Program-made: the position numbers and the translations under genes
Origin: Octopus sinensis
Lineage: Eukaryota
Assembly: GCF_006345805.1 (NCBI RefSeq)
Contig: NC_043011.1
Coordinates: 67,282,464 to 67,346,463, forward strand
Reading direction: 5' to 3'
Length of the DNA: 64,000 nt
Shown here: positions 28,394-41,660 of the stretch, piece after piece
How the letters are laid out: every line of letters starts with the position of its first letter
Position numbering within the stretch: position 1 is the first letter of the stretch
Notes under the pieces: generated by a model
Database searches by the model: none
The model's input: the letters and a program-made list of their open reading frames with translations, nothing else
Told to the model about the DNA's origin: nothing

Positions 28394-28592
28394 CATATAT
28401 ACATATATATACATACATACATATATATATATGTATTTTTTATTGAAATGGATAAATGAATTATCTTGTTACGGATTATTCAAATTATAACCGATACCTG
28501 GGTAGCAAAAATCACAACAGAAAAATCACGGTTGAGGTTACGACCATGGGATCTCAAAACCGTGCCTTAGTGCGCAAATTTGAAGTTTTATA

Positions 28593-28680
28593 TATTTCTC
28601 TGAAGAGAAAGCTGCAAATTGGTCTCCTTATTCAATCCAAATTAGGGACTTTGCAGCCTTTGAAACATATGTAGAAAATA
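28593..28680 (+). ncRNA. Type I hammerhead-like fold (H2), weak stem I
   Basis: CTGAAGA-GAAAGCTGCAAA...TTTGCAGCCTTT-GAAA-CATATG-TA^GAAAATA; stem I needs a bulge. Confidence 0.6.
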
Positions 28681-29176
28681 ATAAAAAGGAATTTTGTAAA
28701 ATCTTCGTTCAGCTCCATTTCTGTCCTCTCTAAATATATATATATATGTACATACATGTATATATGCACATATATATACATGCATACATATACATATTTG
28801 TACATACATTTATATATGCATATCTATGTATATGAATATATATATATATATAAACACCTATATATACACACATATATAACATATATATTTATATGTATAT
28901 ATATGCTTATATATGCATACATATATATGTATATACATATATATATATACATATATACACATATATGCATATATACATATATATTATATGTATATATATA
29001 TATATATATATACATATATATATAAATATATATATATACATATATATATATATAAGTAGTTGAGTGAATTATCCTAGTATGGATAATTCGGTTAACCGAT
29101 ACTCGGGTAGCAAATTTACCTGTGGGCAGTCATCTAGAAGTTTTTGTTGTCATGATGCTGACATAAGGTCCTTGTC

Positions 29177-29257
29177 TTTCCTGATGAGAAGGCGGCATAA
29201 TACACCCTTTATTCCTTCGCAATTAAGAATACGCAGTCTTCGAAACATATGTCGAGA
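29177..29257 (+). ncRNA. Type I hammerhead ribozyme (H2)
   Basis: TTTC-CTGATGA-GAAGGC...GTCTTC-GAAA-CATATG-TC^GAGA; palindromic stem III ACATATGT, canonical GUC site. Confidence 0.8.
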
Positions 29258-29315
29258 ATAAAGGAATTTTGTTAAATCGTCGTTCAACTCCATTCTTTCA
29301 TTTACATATATATAT

Positions 29316-29357
<42 letters not shown>

Positions 29358-29615
29358 ATATATATCAAACGTGAGGATGAAATTCTTTTCGAAAAAAAAT
29401 ATTTTCTCGAAAAAATTTTATCAATGGCCAGCATATTAAAAAATACCTTTAACGGTTAAATTTATAAACAATTCATAAATGAGGGCAAAGGAAAAAAATT
29501 CTAATGCCAAATATGCCGAAAAATTGGACATATTGTCCATTAACCATATAATTTTTTCAGAATACGCACGCTACCCGAAAAAAGGTCGACAGAAATTTCT
29601 AAAAAATTCCATTAT

Positions 29616-29673
29616 TACCATATCGGACCGATTTCAGATTTATCTACTAAGAGCCCTCTCTTCATCAGTGATA
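29616..29673 (-). ncRNA. Type I hammerhead ribozyme (H1)
   Basis: TATCA-CTGATGA-AGAG...ATCT-GAAA-TCGG-T-CCGA-TA^TGGTA. Confidence 0.75.
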
Positions 29674-30118
29674 CATGTGGCAAAAGAAATAAAGGAGATA
29701 CTTACTTATACCCATGGAAGAAGCAAACACTAAGTCATGGGCACAATTAAGTACCCCAAATACATCCAAAATAGAAATACTCCAGCCCATTCGAGGCACG
29801 TGCGATTTGAACTGAGACTCTCACAGAGTGAGTTAGTTAGTTCGGAAGTGAACGCTTAAATTTATATCAAATGTGAGTATAAAATTCTTTTCGAAAAAAA
29901 ATATTTTCTCGAAAAAAATGTTATCAATGCCCAGCATATTAAAAAATACCTTTAACGGTTAAATTTATAAACAATTCATAAATGAGGGCAAAGGAAAAAA
30001 ATTCTAATGCCAAATATGCCGAAAAATTGGACATATTGTCCATTAAACATATAATGACTTAGTGTTTGCTTCTTCCATGGGTATAAGTAAGTATCTCATT
30101 TATTTCTTTTGCCACATG

Positions 30119-30176
30119 TATCACTGATGAAGAGAGGGCTCTTAGTAGCTAACTCTGAAAGCGGTTCGATATGGTA
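30119..30176 (+). ncRNA. Type I hammerhead ribozyme (H1), stem III partly mutated
   Basis: TATCA-CTGATGA-AGAG...CTCT-GAAA-GCGG-T-TCGA-TA^TGGTA. Confidence 0.65.
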
Positions 30177-30345
30177 ATAATGGAATTTTTTAGAAATTTC
30201 TGTCGACCTTTTTTTCGGGTAGCGTGCGTAATGTGAAAAAATTATATGGTTAATGGACAATATGTCCAATTTTTCGGCATATTTGGCATTAGAATTTTTT
30301 TCCTTTGCCCTCATTTATGATATATATATATATATATATATATAT

Positions 30346-30982
30346 ACAGGTACGTATACATCTACACTGAGATATAAAGAGAGATAATAGATACATATGG
30401 ATGCATGTGTATATGCACGTATACAAGTGTTCGTCTGTGTGCTCTCATATGTCTATGCGTGTGTGTGTATGTCTGTGTGTGTGCATACGTCATTTTATGC
30501 TTAATTTTTTCGTATCTCGATTAACGGTTTACACTGAATCTAGAATCATTTATTGATAGCTAAACTTCATGGAGCGTTAAAGATTTTTAAGAAAACATAG
30601 TCCATTAAATCGACGCCATTATTTAAGTGATATCTTACTTTAGTGAAATGGAAAGATGAAAGGCAAATTCGTCCGTGCGAAGCTGAAAACATGCAACGAA
30701 GTACCGAATGTTATTTCGTCTCAAACACAATTTTGATAATCCGTTTCATTTGCATTTTATCTATAACGAGTGAGATCCATCGAAATTCCAAAGCCTTATG
30801 AATTATTTTAGCAGTTTTCTGATAAAAGCTATCAAGCTGCGGTCATCTGGTCTTATATTACTATTTCATCAGTCGAGTTCCTGCAACACGAGATTATCCA
30901 GTATGTTAAAAATATTTAAGGTATAACTTCTAGAACAAATAGTTTCTATACATATTAAGTATGTGCATAGATAGATAGATAG

Positions 30983-31061
<79 letters not shown>

Positions 31062-31338
31062 AATATATATATATATGTTCACACACACATGCGCGGACAC
31101 ACGCACGCACACATACACGTAAATTTATATGATTTTACTTCTTTCAGGCATTTGAATACGGCCACGCTAGAGCACCGCGTTTAATCGCGCAAATAAACCT
31201 TAGAACTTATTCTTTGTAAGACTAGTACTTATTTTATCGGTCTCTTTGGCCGAACAGCTAATGTACGGAGACGTAAACACACTAGCACCGGTTGTCAAGT
31301 GATGTTAGGGAGACAAACACAGACACATAAACACACAC

Positions 31339-31389
<51 letters not shown>

Positions 31390-32023
31390 ATATATATATA
31401 TACAGGTACGTATACATCTACACTGAGATATAAAGAGAGATAATAGATACATATGGATGCATGTGTATATGCACGTATACAAGTGTTCGTCTGTGTGCTC
31501 TCATATGTCTATGCGTGTGTGTGTATGTCTGTGTGTGTGCATACGTCATTTTATGCTTAATTTTTTCGTATCTCGATTAACGGTTTACACTGAATCTAGA
31601 ATCATTTATTGATAGCTAAACTTCATGGAGCGTTAAAGATTTTTAAGAAAACATAGTCCATTAAATCGACGCCATTATTTAAGTGATATCTTACTTTAGT
31701 GAAATGGAAAGATGAAAGGCAAATTCGTCCGTGCGAAGCTGAAAACATGCAACGAAGTACCGAATGTTATTTCGTCTCAAACACAATTTTGATAATCCGT
31801 TTCATTTGCATTTTATCTATAACGAGTGAGATCCATCGAAATTCCAAAGCCTTATGAATTATTTTAGCAGTTTTCTGATAAAAGCTATCAAGCTGCGGTC
31901 ATCTGGTCTTATATTACTATTTCATCAGTCGAGTTCCTGCAACACGAGATTATCCAGTATGTTAAAAAATATTTAAGGTATAACTTCTAGAACAAATAGT
32001 TTCTATACATATTAAGTATGTGC

Positions 32024-32100
<77 letters not shown>

Positions 32101-32379
32101 AATATATATATATATATGTTCACACACACATGCGCGGACACACGCACGCACACATACACGTAAATTTATATGATTTTACTTCTTTCAGGCATTTGAATAC
32201 GGCCACGCTAGAGCACCGCGTTTAATCGCGCAAATAAACCTTAGAACTTATTCTTTGTAAGACTAGTACTTATTTTATCGGTCTCTTTGGCCGAACAGCT
32301 AATGTACGGAGACGTAAACACACTAGCACCGGTTGTCAAGTGATGTTAGGGAGACAAACACAGACACATAAACACACAC

Positions 32380-32415
<36 letters not shown>
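30346..32415 (-). repeat. Tandem copies 2 and 3 of the 1.05-kb segment (period about 1055 bp)
   Basis: TACAGGTACGTATACATC at 30346 and 31401; copies differ mainly in microsatellite length. Confidence 0.92.
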
Positions 32416-32438
<23 letters not shown>

Positions 32439-32600
32439 CGTATGTATGTATATACGAAGGGCTTCACAAGGCTTTGGTCGGTCTGAGGCAATAATAGAAG
32501 ACACTTACCCAAGGTGCCACGCAGTATAACTGAACCCGTAACCATGTGGTTGGTAAGCAAGCTACTTCCTACACAAACACTCTTGCGCCTATATATATGC

Positions 32601-32635
<35 letters not shown>

Positions 32636-32824
32636 ATATATATATATCTATATACAGCAAAAACAATTAAGATTCAAGTGAATTCCAATGAATTCAAATG
32701 AATATGGTACTTAACTTAGATGCACCAGAATTCTTTATGGTATTAACCATAAAATAATGTGGAGTGATTATAACCAAGAAAAAAAGCAACAAGAATGGAT
32801 TAGTAGTTTAGTACAATTGTTTCG

Positions 32825-33305
32825 TACTTCCGGGATTTCCCTTTTTATGCACTTTAATTGATATGCACCTACCAAATTAGTTATCTCAGCCGAATCACTA
32901 GAACCCATGGGTATATCAAAATTGTTAGGGGTATCTGCTCTTGTCCATAATTTTCCTTCAAATTCTATAATAGTTTTCCTAGCTAATAGTACTATGTCGA
33001 TATCTTCTCTGGATATGCGGGAGCGATTCATGGCAAAAATAAGCGATTTATTTAGCAAAATGTGGGAAATACTAGAATAATAATTATTGATATCAAATTG
33101 AATAAAAGATAGTGTTAGCTAGAGAATTGAACCATTTTAATACTTCATCAGTATTTAGCCATAGACTTAAGGGAAGGATCGGGGTTATTTGGGGTAAAAC
33201 AGTATCCAAGATAGATTTACTAAGCCGGCCAATGTCAGACTTAGTTGGACAAATAAGCCTTACCGAAGTGTTTTCCAGGAAATTTCTTTTGTTGTCCTTA
33301 AGGTT
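32825..33305 (-). mobile_element. Penelope-like element reverse transcriptase fragment (Naiad-like motifs)
   Basis: Minus strand reads KDNKRNF...VRLICPTKSDIGRLSKSILD...LWLNTDEVLKWF...FIQFDI...LLNKSLIFA...FDIPMGSSDSAEITNLVG. Confidence 0.85.
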
Positions 33306-33835
33306 GATTTATAATAATAATAATTATCAAAATAAGTGCAGCATCAAAAGCAATGGAATAACTAATAATGATATTGATATTAATAGGAATAATAATAATG
33401 ATAATAATATGAGCAATACAAATAGAAAAGATATCGGGAATGAAGATAACAATGATATCTTTAGCAGTAATAAGCATTCGGATATTAATACAAACAATAA
33501 TAATAACTATACCAATAATGTTGATAATTATGACATGACTATAGTAGATCTAAATGATAGTATAAACGAATCGATAAATGGCAACACAACATCAGATAAC
33601 AATATTATCTATAATAACGAAAATAATACTCATAATAATTTGAATAGCAGCAATATGAGAGATCTATCCTTAAATAATTCTAAATCTAAAAATTATCCCC
33701 CTAGTTGCAATTGTAGGATTAAGTCAAAATGCCCGGCATCTGGTCTGTATTGGGCCCATAATGTAATCTATAAATGTACTATAACTACTGCGAATAGCAA
33801 ATTTTTTTATCTGAGTTGCACTGAGAAGGCTTTTG
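33306..33835 (+). mobile_element. Penelope-like element Asn-rich linker and N-terminal half of GIY-YIG endonuclease, inverted relative to the RT fragment
   Basis: CNCRIKSKCPASG...VIYKCTI...FYLSCTEKAF resembles the CNCR..CP..G..IY..YIG.TE..FK pattern; truncated by a SINE head at about 33836. Confidence 0.8.
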
Positions 33836-34984
33836 TTGGTCTGAAGCTACAGCAGAAGACACATGCCAAGTCACCACACAATGGGACTGAACCCAGGACC
33901 ATGTGTTTGGAACGTAGTTTGTTACCACACAGCCACACCTGCCCCTATGTATGTGCGTGTGCGTATGTATGTATGGGTAGATATATTATGCATGTATATA
34001 TGTGTATATATATGTGTACATATTACATGTACAACTATATATATACATCTACACATAAAATACAAAATACAAAGTTATATCTTGATATCGATAGTGATAA
34101 CAATACTCAAAATATATACCAGACTGGAATTGTAGGCCCGTCTCTTGCAATTTCGATCAATTGGATCTTGTCCTCCCTCTTGTATAGAAGTGTACGGCTG
34201 CAGCGGAATTCATTTTTGGACTTTCTTCTATCGAAGGCATTTTAACAAAAATGCTTCCGTAAAGACGGTGAAAATATTGTCAATTTCCCCAAACAGGGAC
34301 TCAATTCAATTTTTAAACAATAACCAAAGCCCCTTCTCCGAAAGGGGGAGGGTTACGGTTTACAAATATTTAACAAATGTAACACAACAACGTTTCCCTG
34401 ACGAGGAACCAACAAACGTGATTACAATAATCAAACAGTAATAATAATAACAACAAACCTTTTTGATTTATCCCCATTTATGTGAAACCACTTATTCAAG
34501 TTCAAGTCATTGATGCAATTTTATACGAATTGCTAATACACACACACACACACACACACACACATAATAAGGGTGAAAAATTTAATATTAATTTGATTAA
34601 TATGAATTGAAAACCAGTGGTGTAGCATATAAGACCATAGCGTATCTTCCTCTAGCAAAAAGGATGACCACTATTAATGGCTCATCCCTGTTATATAATA
34701 CATTCACTTTAATAGTTTCACATTGCAAAGAGAAAGTAGGAGAAAGTGTGGTGGTAACAGCAGGAGTAAACCACTTGAAATGAGAGAGGCAAATCGTAAA
34801 ATATTGAGTTTTCTCGAATTTTTGCTTAATTGGGGGTCAAATTGAAAAAAACTTTATATGCCATGACCCAATCGAATCTACTTGGAAAAATCATAGGTAA
34901 ATTCCAATTGAAGAAATTCTATATTGTAGAATAGTATTAAAAAGGAACATGGGAACAGGTAGAGAAAATCTGCCTTTTATCATA

Positions 34985-35094
<110 letters not shown>

Positions 35095-35329
35095 CGTACA
35101 AGTACATATGTTTGTCTGTGTGTGTATATGGGGTGGCATGTGTGTATGTGTGTGTGATATAAACTTTGAATATATTTGAGAACTCACCACAGAAATAATA
35201 ATACAACAACAGAGAATTTACGTAAAATCCTGAATACAGAGAAAATTTATATTTACCATACACAACAGAGTATTTCTGGACACTTTTATTCAACACTACG
35301 TGTCAGAGTTAAATTTAAATCATTTGCGC

Positions 35330-35611
35330 TTCTCTGAGACATGTTTCTCCTGGGATGACGTCTAGATTTTTCTGACATCTCTTTTTATCATACCTAGAAT
35401 AACAGGAATATATTTTGCTTTAGGATGCCACATCTTTAGTATTTCAATTTCCAGGTACTTGTATTTACTTAAGTTTTTAAATTCCTTTACAAAAATATTT
35501 AAATTAGTGGGAACACTTACATCTATTAGTCTAGAAGTATTTTCTTCCTTGTCTTTAATGATGAAGCCCGATCGATTTGCCTGGACCACAATCTTCGTAT
35601 TTCCCACTATC
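35330..35611 (-). mobile_element. Short 5'-truncated R4/Dong-like endonuclease fragment abutting the tail of the element at 35629-36830
   Basis: ANRSGFIIKDKEENTSRLIDVSVP...LSKYKYLEIEILKMW aligns by eye with the RLE domains of the elements at 3561-9430. Confidence 0.75.
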
Positions 35612-35628
35612 ATTATTATTATTGTTAT

Positions 35629-36830
35629 ACTTCTCAGAAGCTTCGGTCTTGTCTGTTCTGTTTGATTCTGTAAGAGCGGATAACAGCCTGCAATCAGGGG
35701 TCGCAAATGGCCCCTTTCCGCGCATTGTAAGTTTTGATACTTGGTTGTTAATTATCATGGGAAACATTCAACATCCATGTACCAATCTCAAATTCCTAGC
35801 TGTCCCCAGCAAAGCAGTTTTTGGGGCTTGCTCTGCTCTCATGTGAATTCAGATTTCTTTGACATATTTTTCGAACTTGGTTGTTAGTGCTCCGAGTACC
35901 CCTACAACTTGTGGAATGACAGACATTCTCCTCATAGTCCACATTCTTGCAATTTCGTGTTTTAGTAGTCTGTACATTTCCCTTTTTCCTTTTTTTACCA
36001 CAACAATATCTGGTCTTCGAACCTCGATTAGTGAGTCTCATTAAACCGTAAAATCCCACAGTATCGTATCTTACATTCCTTATTCTCGATGACTTCTCGT
36101 TCATTCCGTATTATTCCTGTGCTTTGTTCAGACCGCACTTTTCCCGTAGCCTCTGTATACGAACTTAGCCACGTTATCGGGTCTCGTTTTGTAGTGCTTT
36201 TGGGCCAGGTAGCTACACTCACTCACAATATGTGAGATTGTTTTGTTTTTGCTGCGACACATCGTACAAAGGAGCAATTTGCTACTCTTATCTATTTGGA
36301 ACTTGGTGCAATCAGTTTTCAGAGCTTGTTCTTGGGCGCTGCATATCAATGTCTCACTGCAACCTTTCAGATGACTTTTTCTCCAAGTATTGATCTTGTC
36401 TTTTCCTTCGATTTCTCTGAGATATTGTCCATGCAGTGGTTTCATTTTCCAGTTGATAACCCTTTCTTCTTCATCTTGTTTCATAAATGCTTGTGTGTGC
36501 ATCATGTTTTCGGTAGGTATTATATTGTTAATTCTAACAGCGGCAAGCAAGGATTTACTCTGCTGTTTGATTTATGTACCATCCCAGACTGTCCACGTTG
36601 ACAAAAGACAAAACAGACCTTGCAACATATGAGGCTTCTTTCACTCCTGTTTCTAAGCACGTACAACTTATCAGTATCGCTTTTCGGGTGTAGATCCTTG
36701 TTAGTTGTCATCACATTTCTAGTTTTCCTGTCCATTTCCTGAAGTTCCCTCTTTTTCCACCTAACAATACATGCGCCGTATCGCATTAAAGAAACAGACC
36801 ATGTGTTCATTGCCCTGTGCTTGTTTTCTT
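35629..36830 (-). mobile_element. Degenerate 3' part of an R4/Dong-like LINE (third family)
   Basis: ELQEMDRKTR, KPLHGQY, ETLICSAQEQALKT, CTMCRSKNKTISHIVSEC, KTALLGTAR-like C-terminus; short (AAT)n tail at 35628-35611. Confidence 0.8.
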
Positions 36831-38813
36831 TTTTCCATTGCGTTTGCTTCCCATAATTAATTTGGTTTTTCTGAGATATTCTCGCCTAATGCTTTCCTTC
36901 TTTTGGTATAGGTAGGTAGGTAGTAGGCACGTGCCGTGATTAATTACTTATATCCGTCGCATAAACGAAGATTTTTGAAACATAGACTAAGTAACTAGAT
37001 CATTCATAAACGTTGTTTTAAAATGGATTTACGAAACTTTGTTGAGATTTGTCTAGAATATATATGCTGTGCTGGTGGATTTAGCTTGCTTATTGACGTT
37101 TGTAATTTTGGGGAAATGTAAACAAAATTGTGTTGACCAATTCACATTGTCTCGACTAAGTGTTGATGGTTATTACTATGAGACGGTGTATTTTGCCGTG
37201 TATTAATGTATAAGATTGGATACAGCTTGGCCTAGCGGTGGGAGAGTTTGTTTCTTAATAATAAGTTGTTGTTTCGATCTCACTGAACTACGTCTTGACG
37301 TCTTTGCGTAAATTTTCTGAGCTTGCCCTCACATTAATCGAAGCATTATGATGTGAAGAGACAACACATAAATTCAGTGGCGGTTCCACTGGAGGGGCAG
37401 TACCTATAATCCCAAGGATCACTGTGTCAGGTTCTAATTCTCAGAGGATTACTTTAACAAAACGCTTCGCTATTGAGTACTGGGTCAGAAATAAGAAGCA
37501 ATAAAGAGATTGACTTTCACATAAATCGGTCTCTACTCTCATTCTTGTCTGTGGTAGAAGTGAAAACATTTAAAACTTGTGACAATGCCTTTTGTTTTCT
37601 TGTCTTATTGACGGTTTGAGGAAATGTTAAGAAATTCACGTTCAGCAATTTCAATTCTGACTGTGTGTTAATACCTATTACTCTCTGTTATTATGTTTTA
37701 ATGTACAATGATGAAAATCACTCGGGTGAAACGTGGAAGACAGATGGAGGAGTTGGCTTCACACTCAAAACGTCGTCAATTCGATTCGAGGGCCCCACGT
37801 TTCGGTGTCTTGACAGACCTGTTTAGTATAACCACGAGTTGATCTAGGCACTGTGAGTTAAAATGGTTGCACGGAAATTGAGTGGAAGTTCATTAGGACA
37901 GTATCTATAATCCAGAGGACCAGCATCCTCACATACACATTGCGTCATTTTACATGCAGTAGAATATGTTAAGAACACGTGTCACTGAGGATTATGCAGT
38001 AAAAATGAATATAATACAATGAACAGAGAGTTCATTTGAGCAGCAAGTTTGAATACTCATCATCACAACCGACGGAATACCTGTTCACTCAGGTATGTCG
38101 CTCTGTGTTGCTCTAAGCTATTCTGTCCTATTCATTCCTATCAATAATGAAGAAGCATTACGAATTATAATTCTCTAATGTTTTAAAGTACAAATATTTT
38201 TACTGTAGGCAACGTTGACACTGGCTGAAATTAGTTTATCAGACAACCAATGAAGTCAATAATTGGTGATAGTCATTGAACCGATACAACCTTCGTCTCT
38301 CACATTCTACGCTTTCAATTATGCTTTATTTCAAACGAACAAGAGTTTTCTTTAACAATAAATTCCTAATTGAATTCAATATAATTACCGCACTGTCTTT
38401 TCAATGGTTATAAAGTAATTTAAAATTACATCTGTTTGTTGCTGCACATTTTGTGTAGACGAGAAATGGCCCACGAGATTGAAACAGTGATATTCCTCTT
38501 AAGACATTATTTAATTAGTCTATTTGCTTTAGGCCTGTTATATGATGTCTTCCTATTCAGAGAGCCGAGTCTCATTTTCTTTCTTGGTGAGAACTTGTTA
38601 TGCCTGCAGCGGCGTAAATGGAAAAGTTTATATTTGGACTTCTGCATGTTTCCATCGTTTCTTATTCACAGACCAAAGAGATATTTATACGCTGCTAATA
38701 AAACAATACATTCCATGACTTTAATCGGGAATGTAAGCCTTCTTCGAAACATTCTTCTTCATTCCGATATTTCTATTGTATTAATTCCTTATTCAATATT
38801 TATACAAGAATAA

Positions 38814-39488
38814 AGACAGCGACCTGGCAGAAAGGTTAGCGCGCCGGGCGAAAAGATTAGCGGTATTTCGTCTGGGTTACGTTGTGAGTTCAAATTCCGC
38901 CGAGGTCGACTTTGCCTTTCATCCTTTCGGGGTCGATAAATTAAGTACCAGTTACGCACTGGGGTCGATGTAATCGACTTAATCCCTTTGTCTGTCCTTG
39001 TTTAGCCCCATGTGTGCAATAAAGAAATAAGAAACGTTAGCATGTTAAGGCGGGTAACAGGCAGAAACGGTAGCACGCTGGGCGAAATGCTTAGTGGTAT
39101 TTCGTCTGTCTTTACATTCTGAGTTCAAATTCCGCCAAGGTCGACTTTGCCTTTCATCCTTTCGGGTCGATAAACTAAGTACCATTTGCGTACTGGGGTC
39201 GATCTAATTGACTGACGCCTTTCCTAAAAAATTATGGGCCTTGTGCATAGAGTAGAAAAGAATATTCATTCTAGAATAAAGGCAGGTAGCTAGCAGGATT
39301 GTTAGCACGCCGGGCGAAATGCTTAGCGGTATTTCGTCTATCTTTTTGTTTTGAGCTCAAATTCCGCCAAGGTCGACTTTGCCTTTCAGCCTTTCGGAGT
39401 CGCTAAATTAAGTACCAGAGTCGATCTAATCGACTGGCCCCTTTCCCCAAAATTTCGAGCCTTGTGCCTAGAGTAGAAAATAATATTT
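38814..39488 (+). mobile_element. Three head-to-tail SINE A copies
   Basis: Heads at about 38814, 39048 and 39280, each with the GTCGACTTTGCCTTTCA core. Confidence 0.88.
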
Positions 39489-40811
39489 ATACCAGAATAT
39501 TCACAGAAACTATGGCAAATATCCGTAATGCTTTATTTTATTTTCAATCTATGAGAAGTTTCTCACGGCTGACGCATGGTTTTTCTTTCACTCTTCTACA
39601 ATAAGATACTAATCGACTGACGAACTATTTTCTCATCATGTTTATACAATTTTTCTCATAAATATGTTTATTCGTATTACTAAACTCATTATTCACACTC
39701 TACGTAACAAGTTTCCATTTCTGTGTTCTTTTAATTTCCGTTAAACTTGTAGGAACAAAGCCAATCCATATTCTATATACAGCCATGTATATCAGCATCA
39801 CGGATAAATGCACTCATTTAAAATATCAACAAAATCTCAAAGAGCCAATGTGTTAAAATTCCACCCAACTTATTTTTCCTCCACAAAACTGGAATGGATA
39901 GTTTCATTATAGGAGAATCCCTTATTTTAGCCCAGCTGCATCAAGGCCGAGATTTATTTCAGATTTAATGGCAGGCAGGTGGCATAATGGTAAACACGCC
40001 GCGCAAAATGCTAAGCTCTATTTCGTCCACTTTTACGTTCTGAGTTCAAATTCCGCCGCGGTTGACTTTACATTTCATTCCATCAGAGTCGCTAAAATAA
40101 ATACCAATTGAGCACTAGCGTCGATATAATCGTTTTAACTTCCCCACCCCCTGCGAAATTACTGGCTTTCTGCCAGAATTTTAAACCGATACCTATTTGA
40201 GATTTATGCACTCTTATGAGTTTTATTCCTGCACATAATCGAAGTAGTTCTACCGTAAACTTTTGACAATAGCATGTATACCTTGTCCATTTAGTTCTTC
40301 GTTAAACAGGATTATCATTCTAATTCGGTTCCCATTCTGGATTATAGTTATTTCACTTCTCACATTTGACTTTAGATATTTTGCTTTCATCTATCCTTCA
40401 TTAAATATTTCACTCGTTTAACAATAACATTGTGTTTCAAGTTCTTTGGTGCATCACAACCCAAAGTGTTTATTACAGTCATTTAGATGCTTGATTGTTA
40501 GAAAGTAAAATGTGTTTAATAATTTATTAATGGTAATTTAGAACATAAACTAATCCAAATTCGCCATGATTTTCAATACAGAAATTAAGTCAGTCATAGG
40601 ACGGATTGTTTTTATATAATATTCTCTTTCATTGCCTTGAAATATTACACACCGCGATGTTTGGTTGTTTGCTTTCGATAGCCCGACGTGAAATAATTGC
40701 GATGTAGGAAACTTAAGGTTCGGTCGAATGTTTGTTAAACAATACACAACATCTGTTTAATTCATTATTATATGTTTATTTATCTAAATATTCATACACA
40801 CACACACACAC

Positions 40812-40866
<55 letters not shown>

Positions 40867-41464
40867 GCGCGCGCGCTTATATATGGAATTCCATCAGACT
40901 TTTCATCCAGAATTAATGAGATGTAGGCGGACACGTCTGTAAGAAGAATAGAAACAAAAGTTGATTACATGTTTAGCGTTGGTAATAATGTATTTGAGAA
41001 CAAATGAGTTTATTATTTACAATATTTATATTATTTACTTTTGGCGATATTTGTCCATGTGATGTTTGTTGTTGACAACAAACAAGATGAGGATAAATAT
41101 CCGTCAAAAGTAAATAAGGTAAATAAGGTAAACAATGCACATAATTCCTCATCTCTTAAATATGGAACTGTATTAGATGAGAGTTTTCTGAAATATTATT
41201 TAAATTTCCACCTCATTATGTGTTGTTATTCAAACAAACATGCATACAAGCATATATAAACGCAGTTCAATAAATTCTTTCATATTTATGTTAATGGAGG
41301 AGATTAGGAGTTAGAGCGGATTATAGTTTTTATTACTCATGTTGCTATACAATTTGTTTCGTGCAGAAACACAGAGATATTCATATTAGAGAAGCGCCTT
41401 GATAAGTAACCCTTTTGACACAGACGGGTAAAAATCGACGGGTAAACTTCTTGCTTCTCCTCTT

Positions 41465-41655
41465 TTCGCAAGACTTGATGAGATTCTCTGCTCAACTGTC
41501 TCTGTTGTGGTCAGTGCGACGATCGCATGCTACACACGTTCCTTCCAAGGACTGCTGTAAACAGCGGGAGTGAGCCGGACAGTTAAAACTTATTGTGCTT
41601 GCAACAGCAGAGTTCACAGTCAGTCTGTGCCAAGCGGTTTCACTTTGCAAGCTTG
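41465..41655 (-). mobile_element. Mariner-type transposon 5' fragment
   Basis: Reverse-complement homologue of 46770-46930; continues into ACAGTTGAGCAGAGAATC (TVEQRI). Confidence 0.65.
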
Positions 41656-41660
41656 AGCGT

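Larger units (their letters stand above)
28445..29300 (+). mobile_element. Two diverged copies (about 28445-28735 and 29060-29300) of a hammerhead-bearing repeat (family H2) separated by (TA)n-rich DNA
   Basis: Shared GAATTATC...AACCGATAC...GGGTAGCAAA start and GAAACATATGT...AAAGGAATTTTG...TCGTTCA.CTCCATT end. Confidence 0.7.
29363..30320. mobile_element. Family H1 array: 502-bp unit (29363-29864), partial direct copy (29865-30055), inverted copy (30056-30320)
   Basis: Direct and reverse-complement near-identity visible in the sequence; (TA)n on both flanks. Confidence 0.85.

Noticed and set aside
33112-34245. 377-aa plus-strand ORF as a host gene
   Set aside because: Chimera of antisense Penelope RT, an Asn-rich linker with GIY-YIG start, a SINE head and simple repeats.
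37850-38600. Scattered splice-like sites and a short Cys-containing frame (MTQCVCEDAG...) as a paralogous peptide gene
   Set aside because: No consistent set of exons with matching phase, no signal peptide exon, and no similarity to the 80-aa peptide.
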